DNA from: Neodothiora populina
Taxonomy: Eukaryota
Assembly (NCBI RefSeq): GCF_041146345.1
Contig: NW_027191419.1
Span: 248,001 to 312,000, forward strand
Direction of reading: 5' to 3'
Length of the DNA: 64,000 nucleotides
Under the pieces are notes generated by a model, which searched no databases, was not told the DNA's origin, and saw only the letters and a program-made list of their open reading frames with translations. The position numbers and the translations under genes are program-made. How positions within the stretch are numbered: position 1 is the stretch's first letter; each line of letters starts with the position of its first letter. Shown here piece by piece: positions 1 to 11,752 of this stretch.

Positions 1-1864
1 GAGCCCAGAATTTGCCCTATGCTTCCAAGCTGATAGACCAGCGGCGTGCTTATTGCTCTAAGGTATGGTAATGGAATGGTGTGGAAGACTTGCAAAACTT
101 CGTTTGCGACATCACATTTGCGCTCCACGCCTGGTCCATCCTCCAGCGAAAAGAGAATCATGCGCAGTAGCTGCAATGTTGCCTGGATGTTCGCAGCTTG
201 AAAGCCGAAGATATCCTTGCCGAGATCTCCAGTCATAGGCAGCGTCTCCTTGAATTGATGTGGCAATTGGTAATACAGATTCAGCACAGTCTGCATCACA
301 TCATGATCGGAGAAGGTATCTGCAAAGACCAAGCTGTCGACACTGCGGCGGTCGTCGTGGCTGAATTTCTTGGCGCGTGCTTTGTTTACAACGTGCTCAA
401 GGACTCTGTACAGGTCGAGGGAAAAGTTCCATCCGACGATCCAGCTGACAGGTTGTCCTGTAGCTTTGGGAGAGTTATGGGTCGACAAGTTATCGTTATG
501 AACGTGAGCAGGGTAGCGGACATAGGCATGAATCTCCTGAGAACGGAGAAAACAGTTCCAGACAACCGCGGAATACACGTCCAACATATATGTGGACCAA
601 TACACGCGCCTGTATATCTCTTTTGTGGCATCGTCCAGATCCTGTGGCCATGATCTTTCGTCGTAGAAGCGATGCATCGCAGCAAGGGTGAAGGCGTTGC
701 CCAGGTATTGCTGAACATCTGCGCTCCTCCCATACTGGATGCAGGTCAAAGACAGCAATGTACACGTCCGGATGTATTCGACAGCACTCGTCTGGGAAAT
801 TCTACTGTAGTCCTTGGACATCGAGTCCTTGGCTGCGGTGAAGAAGATTTCCGAGGACGCCTCGGGTTTTCGTAGCGCGTCCGAAACCGGGCTTGGGTAT
901 GCACCATCACGTACACGGGCTGAGGTGAGCGCGCAGACTGCCATAACAGCAGAGAAGAACCCTGCAGTGAGGTGTTAGCGACATGTTGCTCTACATAGAG
1001 AGACACCAGGTACCCTCACTCAACTTGCATACATCCATGCGCTGTCTGCGACCCTGGAAAACGCAATGTGGAAAGAGGGTCCAAATTGTACGCGTCATCA
1101 ACATTACTGACCTCTATCTGTAAGATGCTCTCTTCTTTCGAGTCTCGCTCTCTCTGGGGCCCTGTCCATCAAGGGATAACTATGGGACATTAGCACACCG
1201 CCGTCTTTGTAGAGACTGGACAAGGAGTCTCACAGAGGGTAGATGATCCGCACGAATATGTCAAAAAGCTCGAGTATAACATCTTCAGAAGCCAAAGCAA
1301 AGGCTTTCCACGGCACTTCAAGATGCTCAGGACTCCCGGCTCGCATAATCACGAGGGCAGCATGGTCTGGTCCTTTTCCACGTCGGTTTATATTGACCAG
1401 GTCGATCGGAGCACGCGATGCACTCCCTGTTGGGGGGATTTCAACATAGTCAGGAATGCCAGTTTGTGTGCCCGTTTGTGATCGAGGCATTGAAGATCCG
1501 CTAGAGATACTACCGTGCACCGGTGGCATTGGTTGCGTAGGTGGAACACCATCTGATACAATCGAGTCCCTTGGAGCTGTTGGTGCTTGCGGGTGCTTCT
1601 TGCGCTTCGAAGGACGGTCATAAGTGCAAGCTACATCGAAGTCGAAGCAATTCTGGCAGCGTTCCGGGTCTTCATTGCTGGATCTACACCGTATGGATCG
1701 CCTGTGGCAGAGATCACCTAAAAGTATAATGAGTATCGCTAGTGAACAGTCCACAGAAGACTCGTCTTGCTGTACTCACATGCTTGTGAGATGCGCTGCA
1801 ATTTGCGCGGACGGTCATTCTGCATCGGTAGAGAAGTCGTCTGTTTTGAGGACGAAGTCGACAT
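1..1864 (-). CDS. Zn(II)2Cys6 fungal transcription factor with fungal-specific TF middle domain (3' end runs off the window)
   Basis: Spliced by eye: ATG 1864; introns 1779-1718 (GTGAGT..TAG), 1233-1180 (GTGAGA..TAG), 1111-962 (GTCAGT..GCTAAC..CAG). Product MSTSSSKQ...RKLQRISQAC/DLCHRRSIRC...CQNCFDFDVACTY carries the six-Cys cluster. Downstream RRVYWSTYMLDVY, WIVGWNFSLDLYRVLEH and FGFQAANIQATLQLLRM; frame stays open to position 1. Confidence 0.92.
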
Positions 1865-4739
1865 ATTGTGAGCTCTCAAGGCATCTAGACTCATAAGAGG
1901 CTAATCGGTGAAACGCAGTCAACGCGACTCGGCGGAAACACTGTAGACGCTAGAGGTGAGGCATGTGCGGGAGGTTCATGTAAAGATCGAGACCTTAGTA
2001 TGATGATGATTGATGTTGGCTTCCGGCTTGGAGATATACAGGGTTTGTAAGTGGCGTTCGTGATGTCTTGCCATCATGGTACGCCCCGTAAGCTGTCAGA
2101 GAACAAACGCCCAGTGCATTGAAATGTATGGGACGCGTTCTCTGCAGGCAGGTTGCAACACCTCACCTTAGCCAACTAGGAGTGAAGGCTGTTACCATAT
2201 TTCGGGGACGACTCCGAGATGCACTAGGTGCCAAGCTTCATGACGCCAAGGGGCCCAAGACCCTGTAATGGCACGGCTTGCATTTCTCGCCACGGATCGG
2301 GCCACGGTCCGAAGACAGACTCTCGACGGAGCGTTGGTAAGGTCTCCAGGAGGCTCCTCCAGAAAGGCATTTTACACCAAGGAATGACGGCCGACTAGCA
2401 GCTTACTGTGGGTTCCAGTTTTGTGGACCAACTTCTCGGGATGCTAGTAGGCGAATTCTGCACTACCTCACATTGCAGCATAGCACTGCAGCCGAATCTA
2501 CAATCGCGTCAGTACTTGATGTGGCCAATTGACAACATCTGCTTTCGGAACAAACTCCACACATTGCCCACATTCGTCTCGGTCATGTCTTTAAAGTCAT
2601 TTTAGGCTGCTGCTCAAGCGATAGCGGTGGTGTCATTTCCCAGTTTCGATTTATGTTGATCGTCAGAAGGACTTTGTCCATGTTTATTCTCGGCAACTAA
2701 TGACCAAATTCGTCACCGAAAACATGGCAGAGATGCCAGACAGCTGCTGCACCGGGTATTCGCATCATTGAAAATCTCCAATGATGCAGGTTGATTAAGG
2801 TAGGTAGGTATGGTGCAAATCATGACGAGAACAGGATGTGCATCAGGCTTACGCCAAGTATCTAGTCGGCTGCAAATGATAAAGGTCCCTTATCGAGCCT
2901 ACCTTGGATTTGCTCAATCTTGCGCATCCCGAAGTGCTTGAAAGCACAAAGTGAGGTAAGGTAAGTAAAGTACCTATGCTTGTGATTACTGCACCAGGTC
3001 CGTGAGGATTTCGAGTCACGGTATATAGAGCCGAGGCCTGAGGTCCGATGTAGGAAATTCGAGTACTGTACTTTTGCGAATTCACGTGCTGCCACCATAT
3101 ATAGCACGTGACATGTCGCTGCCGAGACTGAAGTCAAAAGCCGAGCTCGATCCTATCTTGAGGTTGGCATCATGTTGACTACAATCTGCTGCAAGTAGCT
3201 TACAGTGCCAGCATATATCTGGGGTCCAATTGCAAGCACAGTGGTTTCAGCTGCTGCTGCCGCTTCTGATAAGCCCGGTCATGTGCAAGTCTCGCGCCTG
3301 CGCGTATGTGATGCGGTGACGCTTAGTCGAGCATGAATGGCACTTCCTGATTGCGAACGACAGGATGATGCATACCATACATCATATGCGCCTTCCTAGT
3401 CTACACAACTGATCATTGTGAAAGGCCCTCCGTCGGGGCTTGCCGGTCAGGGTTCCGGAGAGGTGATGCAGGTACAAGTATGTCAGCCTGGCCAGGGACC
3501 GTTGGCACAACCATGCGACAATGCTCCTACGATAGCACATGGTTCCGGCTTCCCGTTTTCATGGACTCAAAGGTGGCAGTTCGCGGAGTGAATCACCGGC
3601 TCCGAGGAGTTACGTAGTGGTCCCTGTGCAGTACCCGGTGTCAGCAAGAGGACTGATCGACGAGTCCCAGTCACAAAGGTTTTAGTTTATGTTGCTTGGC
3701 AGCCGCCAATTGAACATTGGTTGAACGGTCAGATAAGAAATCCGAAGTCCTCTGTACGGTAAGTATGTTGCTGTAGATGTACATCTTGTTGGATTCGGTA
3801 AGTCTGTATGTAATTATCTCCATATTGAAGGTGGGCAATGACCGAAATGCACAAGTTGTCAAGCAGAAGATTGCATCATTAAAAAATAATCATTCCTTCG
3901 GGACCTAATGGGTTCAGCCCCGGGTTCTAGGGTCTATCCAGAAGATTTCTGAAGTAGGCTAGATAGGTACCGGACGGCAATTCAAATGAGTATATCGTCA
4001 AAACAGTAGGACGAGTAGTTCACGTAAACAATAATACATGTGCCTATGGTAATAGCCTTTCCAGGGTGCGGTATGGAGCAAGTGTCAACCTTAGGTGCTC
4101 ACTCGAGACGAGGCGTTCGGAAATAACGCGGGGAAAAGTAGCATGTATGCAGCACCGATCGCCGATGTCATAGGAAAATCTTCGAAATCCTCCCTGTGGG
4201 GCATTTTCATGCCGCGGCACAAATGCTGTTGGTTCACGTACAAATATGAACTGCACAAAAGTAGAATGAGGCTCATCGGCTGAACCTCCGAGAGCCCCAC
4301 CATGGCACTACCACGGTGTAGAAGTATTACGCGTGAAGCTAAGGAGTCCATCGCCATCCCATTGGAGACATCACAGGGGTGAGGTAGTCGAATCGGTATG
4401 AGTAAAGACTTGGCGAGACACCTCCGTGCAGCCTTGATACCTTATCCTGCCCTGGCTTTGCTTAGGTATTGTACCTTCTTCTCTTGTGTCGGACCATGTG
4501 CCGATGGAGGTGGATTCAAAGAACAACATGAAGTATGTGTGGTAAGTAATACGGTGGAAACGTCGCGATCAACATCATACTTCTAGGAACGAGATTGGCT
4601 GGAAACAGGAATGCAAAACCCGATTGTAGACAACGCAGTAGTCCGGGCATTTTCTTCTCGAAACCATGCAACAGCCAGATTGTACTGACCCCTGGTGAAC
4701 AACAGACGCGAATGGTAATACAATCGAAGTTTAGTTCCT

Positions 4740-4769
<30 letters not shown>
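4740..4769. repeat. (TAG)10 microsatellite
   Basis: Directly visible. Confidence 0.95.
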
Positions 4770-4770
<1 letters not shown>

Positions 4771-5593
4771 TGAATGTACTCTTAGAGCCAGGGAATAGCG
4801 CAGCACTCGAGGACGACACCGTACTGTGGACGTACTTCAGGTTCCAGTGAACCAGCCGTAGAGTTTAAAGCCACTCTTTAGCACAAGGCCTAGTTGCGAC
4901 TAATCTGCAAAGAGTGTTTGAAGAACAGGATTTACAGATCGAGCGATCGGCGGTTCCCTTTCGGCCTCAGGTCCGCGTTGATTTTCAATCCTCCACCTTT
5001 CTGACGTAGAGGCATGTGTCCCGAGCCTAGCAGCTACATCACCCACCCTCCATTTCATATCCTTAATATATCCACGCCTAGATGTTGCATCTGTTTTCGA
5101 AACTAACGAGTCTGAAGTTTTCACTAAGTCTAATCGTACGAATCTTACCAAAGTCACACTCTCTACTGTTACAATCATATTTGTGAATCATATCACTTAC
5201 CTAATTACCCCGCCAAACACGTACCTGCCTTGCTGGACCTTTGAGCTTTCACAAGCTTCGCCACTCTAACACTCCTTGTACCTTTCGCGAGTTTCCTATA
5301 GCTACAATTTTCATCGACTGCATATTGAGCCATCGTTGATCATTCACATAATCGCCCTCTACAACGGCGTGTTGTTGACTGTTAGAGAGCCCTCTGAGCG
5401 CAGCCCTCTGAGCGCAGTCTGCATGTCCAGCGCTTGTAGTCATCTATACAGTCCATCTAGTCAATTGAGCTTCAATCGGCCTTGAAAAGCTTACCATCTC
5501 ACTTTCGTCTCTTCTGGTCACCATCCGATATCTTCAATTCTCCTCGTTGAGAGAACAGAGTCCGTCAACACCCGCAAGTGAGGCTTCCCAAGC

Positions 5594-6844
5594 ATGGCAT
5601 CCACAAGCTATCATCAAGATGTCAATCAATTATCTCGCGATGATATGAACGACTATTCAATCGATTTTCCTGAGTCCAGCTTCCAGTTGCCACAATCTCA
5701 TGAGAACGGTCTCAACTTCTACTCTTTCGGGAATCCGTCAGATGGGCACAGTGGAGCCAATGGTGTGACGAATTTTGACCTGCCGATCAGCCCGACAATG
5801 TCAGTTGGCGATGAAATGTTCTACATTGGCGAGAGGCAAATGCACATCGACCCGGCAACCATGTGGAATGACTCGGAAAAGTTGGATAACTCGGCAAATA
5901 TTGATATGGCGGCGTCGCTAGCGCTTCCTGGAATATCCAAGGGTTTGTTTGGCATGGATGGTTCGTCAGATCGACACTTTGGCCAGATCACGCCTCCTAG
6001 TGAAAGCGAAATCCACAAAGAGAGCAAGCGTGCCGATTCTGGTGTTTGCCCTGAAGTCAAAGCAGAGCCAATCGGTGCCGGTGATGGGACGAAGCAAAAC
6101 TCTTCCAAAGTAGGAAAATCGACGAAGACCAGAACCATGTCTGGTGGTCGCCGTCGTCAGTCCAAGAGATCCAGGAGTGTCAGCCAGATCATGGACGACG
6201 ACAGCTCGATGAATGTCGATGGCGATGGTGAAGAAGGTGAGGGCGACGTGAAACGTGAGAAGTACCGCGAGAAGAATAGGGTAGCGGCGGCAAAGTGTCG
6301 TGCAAAGAAGAAGGATCATGTAGATCTCCTCGAAGATACGCATCGGACCCAGAGTGTTCTGAACGCTGCACTGAAGCAAAGCGAGAAGAGCTTACGCGAC
6401 GAGCTCTCGTTTTGGAGAACGCAGGCCTTGCAACACACATTTTGCAATTGTGAGGCGATCCAACAGTACAATTTGCGCAAGGCGCAGAACCTTGCTGCCG
6501 AGTCAATACTTGGAAACGCGGTCATCCACCATTTTCCAAGTATGAAGGGCAGCGTCTCAACCGTGCCTTCGCCGACGGTCGACTCTTGCCCTACCCATAC
6601 TGACAGGCCACAATCCGTCTCGGTTCCTGCAAACTTGTCACCTATGATAGATGCTGCAAATCCTCAGCTGCGACATCAGTCCTATGCCGAGCACGCCAAT
6701 TATGCAACATATCAGAGTGTTGGTCGAGGATCGATGAGTCATGGTGAAGTACAACACACCCCAGACGCCATGGAACGACCTCGACCGTTGTCAAGTAATG
6801 AGGAGCAGGAGCTGAAAGACTTCGTGAACGATCTGACGGAGTAA
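5594..6844 (+). CDS. bZIP transcription factor, ATF/CREB-like (Atf21/AtfB-type), 416 aa, intronless
   Basis: Basic region KREKYREKNRVAAAKCRAKKK followed by a leucine heptad LLEDTHRTQSVLNAALKQSEKSLRDEL and an HTFCNC motif after the zipper. Confidence 0.9.
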   Translation: MASTSYHQDVNQLSRDDMNDYSIDFPESSFQLPQSHENGLNFYSFGNPSDGHSGANGVTNFDLPISPTMSVGDEMFYIGERQMHIDPATMWNDSEKLDNSANIDMAASLALPGISKGLFGMDGSSDRHFGQITPPSESEIHKESKRADSGVCPEVKAEPIGAGDGTKQNSSKVGKSTKTRTMSGGRRRQSKRSRSVSQIMDDDSSMNVDGDGEEGEGDVKREKYREKNRVAAAKCRAKKKDHVDLLEDTHRTQSVLNAALKQSEKSLRDELSFWRTQALQHTFCNCEAIQQYNLRKAQNLAAESILGNAVIHHFPSMKGSVSTVPSPTVDSCPTHTDRPQSVSVPANLSPMIDAANPQLRHQSYAEHANYATYQSVGRGSMSHGEVQHTPDAMERPRPLSSNEEQELKDFVNDLTE

Positions 6845-9800
6845 ACGGCGATGTTTGACGTCGACGAAAAGGAAGCGATTTCCATGAGCATGCGGTGGAG
6901 TGTGGCTAGGTTCAGCATGTGGTGGTCATCGTTAAAAGAGGCGTATAATGAGGATTGGGATGAAGGAGTTCGAGCGTCATGATACGAATATTGCGGTATC
7001 CTCATCATGCGCCATCATCGAGTTGTGTTAGCAGCGTGGTGTTGTCGGTTTGCTGGTGAAGATAACGGTATAATTGGCGTAAATTTGGGCGAATCATGCT
7101 TTTTCCGTAGTTGGGACTTGGTACTTTATGAAGCAGAGCAAGGATGGAAGCTATGGTTAGTTGTCGAGCGAAGAGGTGGAAAGGTACATCCGAGTCTTTG
7201 AAGGAAAACAAAAGTTACCTAAGGTGTTACGCATTGCCTCATCATCTGGAGGATTTCGTAGTAATGACGATACCTACCTTATCTTTTTTTAGCCGTGTAG
7301 GGGACTTCTAGAAGCACAAACTGTGAAGCTCAATTGCCCACGTGCGAAGTAGGCGAAATAGCCCGTTCCCGCGACAGCGACAGGCTCGACAGGTGACAGG
7401 TGCACTGACGTTGGAGTCTGTGAGGTAAGGTGAGGTATCTCAGGTTTCACATTTCCCTGGCGGCGGCGGTCCGCTTCCTGGTGTGCATGTGGGATTCTTT
7501 CTGCAGTTGTCATAATGATGTCGACCTTGACCATGCCATTGGCTCAAGAAGCCTGGTTCGCTATAAAGCCACGAGTCACTCCCATATCGATCTAGGGGGG
7601 TCTTCTTCTGGACCTTCAATGCGAGTCAAACAGACAAGTTGCAAAGGCCCAACAAGGAGGTCAAACATCGAGGACTAATGACCAGCAGCCTAATTATGTA
7701 CGCCTCATGAATATGAATTAGTGACTCAAACGTGAAGGCGCATAAGGAATCGCTTGTTCTCCTCATTTACTTAGCATCTATTTCCGCCTAGGCGTTTATC
7801 CCTTATACAAATCCAGAGCTTTCCTGATCATCTTAACTTTATTAGTGGCCGTATATGTATATACAAGTACGGTGGCTTACATATATGTTCTTTTCCTTCT
7901 CTTTTCCTCGTCGCTTCTCGCTCTGGCAGTCCTGGGTCACGGCACAGAGAATATTCGGCATGATGTTGGTTTAGTCTTTCCTGCACAGACTTGAGTGTAT
8001 CTGTACACCAGTCAAGTCGACGTGCGGTGAATCGACACTTGTGATCGTCGCGCCTAGACGATGGTTTTGTTCGATAGACTTGATTGTGCCAGTGTCCAAC
8101 ACATCTCAGGGTGTTCACGCAGGCCTACAAGCAGTAGCAGAGGCAGGTCCGGCTGCTCGCGAGAGACCCATTTGTTAGCCACCACGCACATATCGAATTT
8201 GCGCCGAGCATATCGAGGTTGAGACGGCATCAATCATGCACCTCGCCAAGTCAGTCGAGTCAACTTCATCAACAGATCAGGCCCCATGAAGGACAGTGAT
8301 CATGTTCCCTAAGATCACGCACACAAGACTTGACGTTAGGCAGAGGCTGGGCTGCCGTCAGCAGTATCTCTGTACTTATGCAAAGGTCCGATCGTCAGAC
8401 ACTAAACCGTAAACGGGCACAGCGCAATGTAACTTAGGTCTGAATTTTTATAGACGGTGCTTCTGCCCGGCTCCGAAGTCTGAGCGATCGAGTCATCAGA
8501 GCACCTTCGTGCGGACCGCCTCTACTAAGTCTATGGACTGTATGGCAGGTGGCTTTAGGTCCTCTCGGATAGCCTGTGGCTTTTCATCAGGCCACTCACG
8601 CTTGCGCCCTCTTCTGCTATCATCTCATATCTATCGATCCTGCCAGCGGTATGTTGACCTGGTACTTGGTCTTTTTATGCTCAGAAGGCAGAATGGATCG
8701 GCTCGCAGCACATTGATCGATCACGACGGATTTTTTACGAGAGTCACCCACACGCGACGAGATGCTGTACGCCGCTGTGCTGCGCTGCAGGGAGCCATCA
8801 CATGAAACGATATCAGCCACTTGAACACCGAGTCGGTGCACTTGGATTCCATGTTCCTCCGCAGAGCGAGACCTGTGTCTGATGTCGACGCCTCCGACGG
8901 TAATCAAATCTCAATCGATTGCATCTTCCGCGCTTCGCCAATAAATTGCATAAGCCACCCGTGGACTGAACGCATCATGCTCCTACTGCGACATACACAC
9001 ACTCCTGCTCGAGAAGAAGGTACACTATACGGGCTGGTTGGTTTTGCAAGAAGCACTTGAAGGAGCTGGCGTGCTGTTTTCGTGCTTTTCCCGTGCGCGA
9101 AACTTGGTCACAATCTACGGCTGTCGTCGGAACACAGGTGCGCCAACCTTCACATCGCGCGATCACATGCTGCGTTACGCTCGCTTGACACATATGGTAA
9201 AGCAGCATAAGCTCGCAAATGGTGCACAGTATTCTGGTTGGGCAACATGGGCATAGTGACAGAGACATTGACCTGTTCGCTTCTCGAGGTGCCGAGGACC
9301 TTATGAACTCTACGAGCTAGGATATACACATAAACTGGGTAAATGTGGTCATCTATCCTCTGGGCATGCGATCACATGTGCCGTGGGCTCCATCTTCGGT
9401 GTCGGTCTCAACTCCGGTGGTGTCAAGGTAAGTTTCGCACTCCTGAAATGGGGTCACTCGGAACGTTTACATCGAAGTCTCAGATGGTCTTTCTCCTTCG
9501 TGAGAGGGTACAAGCGCCCAGACAGACTCGGAACAGAGCAAGGTTATGTTCGTGTCGCCATGTTTGTGTGTTGAGAAAGTGACGTGACATGATGGTGGTG
9601 AGATGAACGGATCTCGTGAGACCACCCTCAAAGGGAGCAATACCTAACTGTTTGCCTTGTGTGTACTGGCAACATGCTCCCTTCCTTCACCAAATTATCG
9701 TAGAAATAAATGTATATTTTGTCGATGTTCGACGTGAATGTCACCTTCGGACTTTTTGTTTGAACAGAGCTCGCGCATCACTAAGCTATCGTCCGTCTAC

Positions 9801-10366
9801 ATATCTTTTGCTGGTCAAAACCAGCCTTGTTAGTCGTGAACATGCTGACCTAGGTCGAACATGGATACATGGATACATGGACATGGACTTTTATTACTCG
9901 TACATGGTATGGGAAGACACAAGCGGTTCGACGGAACGCAGTCATATCAGAAGACAAGTGAGTGATTGCATCCATACAACACCTGAACACCTTGTACTGT
10001 GCAAAGCAATAGGCGAGTGGCCATACTAAATGCTGTCCAATGGCAAAACAAGGACAGGGTTAGCCTCGAGAGAAGCATGTGAACATCCGGGGTAGTCGCG
10101 GAGATACGGAGGTAACGTACTTGTAACAGGAAGGCAGGGGGCGGTCAGCCTGATTGAGACTCCTTCCACCTCGTCCATTACCATATTGATCATTACCAAT
10201 TCTCTCCTCCGACTCCATCCTTGATCTTCTGCATCTGCCATTGGCTGTCATTGTCGCCTGTCGCTTAACTTTCATGTTTCATACAGCCAGTTACTCGACA
10301 GTGTAGTCCCGTCCCATCAGGCTGCGAGTGGAAGGAAGGTACAGAAAGTACATCAGTCGCGCGACC

Positions 10367-11371
10367 ATGTCGCTGAAGGGCCCAACTGTGAAGCGCATCC
10401 GTCAGTTCCCTTCTTCTCATATTCCTGATCCAGTTCCTATCCTCGTTGATGTCCAAGTCGAGTCTAACAGAAGCACAGTCAAAGAAGCCGCCGAGCTGTC
10501 CCAGAACCCCTCCCCAGACTACCACGCCGCTCCCCTCGACGACTCGGACCTTTACACCTGGCACTTCACAATTCGCGGACCACCTGCGCCATCTCCACTG
10601 GCCACAGGCATCTACCATGGACAAATCACCTTGCCGCCCTCGTATCCTCTCAAACCGCCCAACTTCCGCTTCTTGACGCCCTCGGGGCGCTTCGAGCCGA
10701 ACCGTGAGATCTGTCTCAGCATCTCTGGTCATCACGAGGAGAGCTGGCAGCCGGCATGGGGCATACGGACGGCGCTGGTCGCTATACGCGCATTTATGGA
10801 TTCTGATGCTGGGGGCCAGGTGGGAGGCATGAGCGCGGCGGATAGCGTCAAGAGGAAACTGGCGGGAGAAAGCAAAGGGTGGAAGTGCAGGGCGTGTGGA
10901 TCACAGAGCAACGAGGAGATATTGCGGAAGCACGAAGAAGAGGTCAGGGAGATTCTGGGGGCAGAGAGCGAGGAGCGAGAGGCGAAGAGGAGGGAAGAGG
11001 AGGAGAAGCTTGCGAAGGAGATGGGATTCGCCGCCAAGTCGCCACAGCAGCAACAAGACAAGGACAGCGAGGTCGTTGGGGATCCAGAGATCGGATCGTT
11101 GGCTTCTGGAACATCACGAGACAAGCCAGCATCAGCTGTAGCCCAGGCAGCAGTGCCAACAACAACGACGACATCTACACCAGTGACGCAGCCTCCCTCT
11201 CCTCCTGCTTCATTATCAATGCAGCAGCAACAACAACAACAACAGCGAGCGATACGACAGCAACAAGCACAAGCCCCAGCAGCGCGCCACTCGCACGACG
11301 TGTGGTTGGACAGAGCCATCATCGGGATTGTCGTTGCGATAGTGGTGATGCTGATACGACGATTTCACTGA
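10367..11371 (+). CDS. ER tail-anchored ubiquitin-conjugating enzyme E2, Ubc6/UBE2J1 (NCUBE1)-type
   Basis: ATG 10367; intron 10401-10478 (GTCAGT..CTAAC..CAG) gives PTVKRILKEAAEL. UBC core WHFTIRGPP...YPLKPP..FLTPSGRFEPNREICLSISGHHEESWQPAW includes the catalytic Cys. C-terminal hydrophobic anchor AIIGIVVAIVVMLI. Confidence 0.92.
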   Translation: MSLKGPTVKRIRQFPSSHIPDPVPILVDVQVESNRSTVKEAAELSQNPSPDYHAAPLDDSDLYTWHFTIRGPPAPSPLATGIYHGQITLPPSYPLKPPNFRFLTPSGRFEPNREICLSISGHHEESWQPAWGIRTALVAIRAFMDSDAGGQVGGMSAADSVKRKLAGESKGWKCRACGSQSNEEILRKHEEEVREILGAESEEREAKRREEEEKLAKEMGFAAKSPQQQQDKDSEVVGDPEIGSLASGTSRDKPASAVAQAAVPTTTTTSTPVTQPPSPPASLSMQQQQQQQQRAIRQQQAQAPAARHSHDVWLDRAIIGIVVAIVVMLIRRFH

Positions 11372-11752
11372 AGTGGAGTCCGGTCGCTTTTATGCTGTGT
11401 ATGTCTCGAGGAGTTTGAATCAGAGGCGGGACCTCGGTTTCTGTCATTTCACGGGATCGGGTTTTATACAAGCAGACGCGGTTTTCTTTGCAGGAGTCTG
11501 GTGTTTCCCTCTTTATAGATATACATATACCTCTGATGTGAACCTTTCATTATTTGTTTTGACGCAGGATATCGACAGGGGGACAAGGGGAGGAGGAGGT
11601 GGTTAATTGAATGGAAATCACCATGGTGGCTGTATCAGATCCACTAGACAAGAGAAGGAAATGTGCAGTATATGTAAGCAAGCATGGCCCCCCCCCGTTT
11701 CCCCGTATACTCGTACATTTGCCTATCAATCATCACTCATATTTCTTCCATC

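Noticed and set aside
962..1112. Stwintron (nested intron) in the Zn2Cys6 or DUF1275 genes
   Set aside because: Removing the putative internal intron does not rebuild a donor site, and the frame needs the exonic G.
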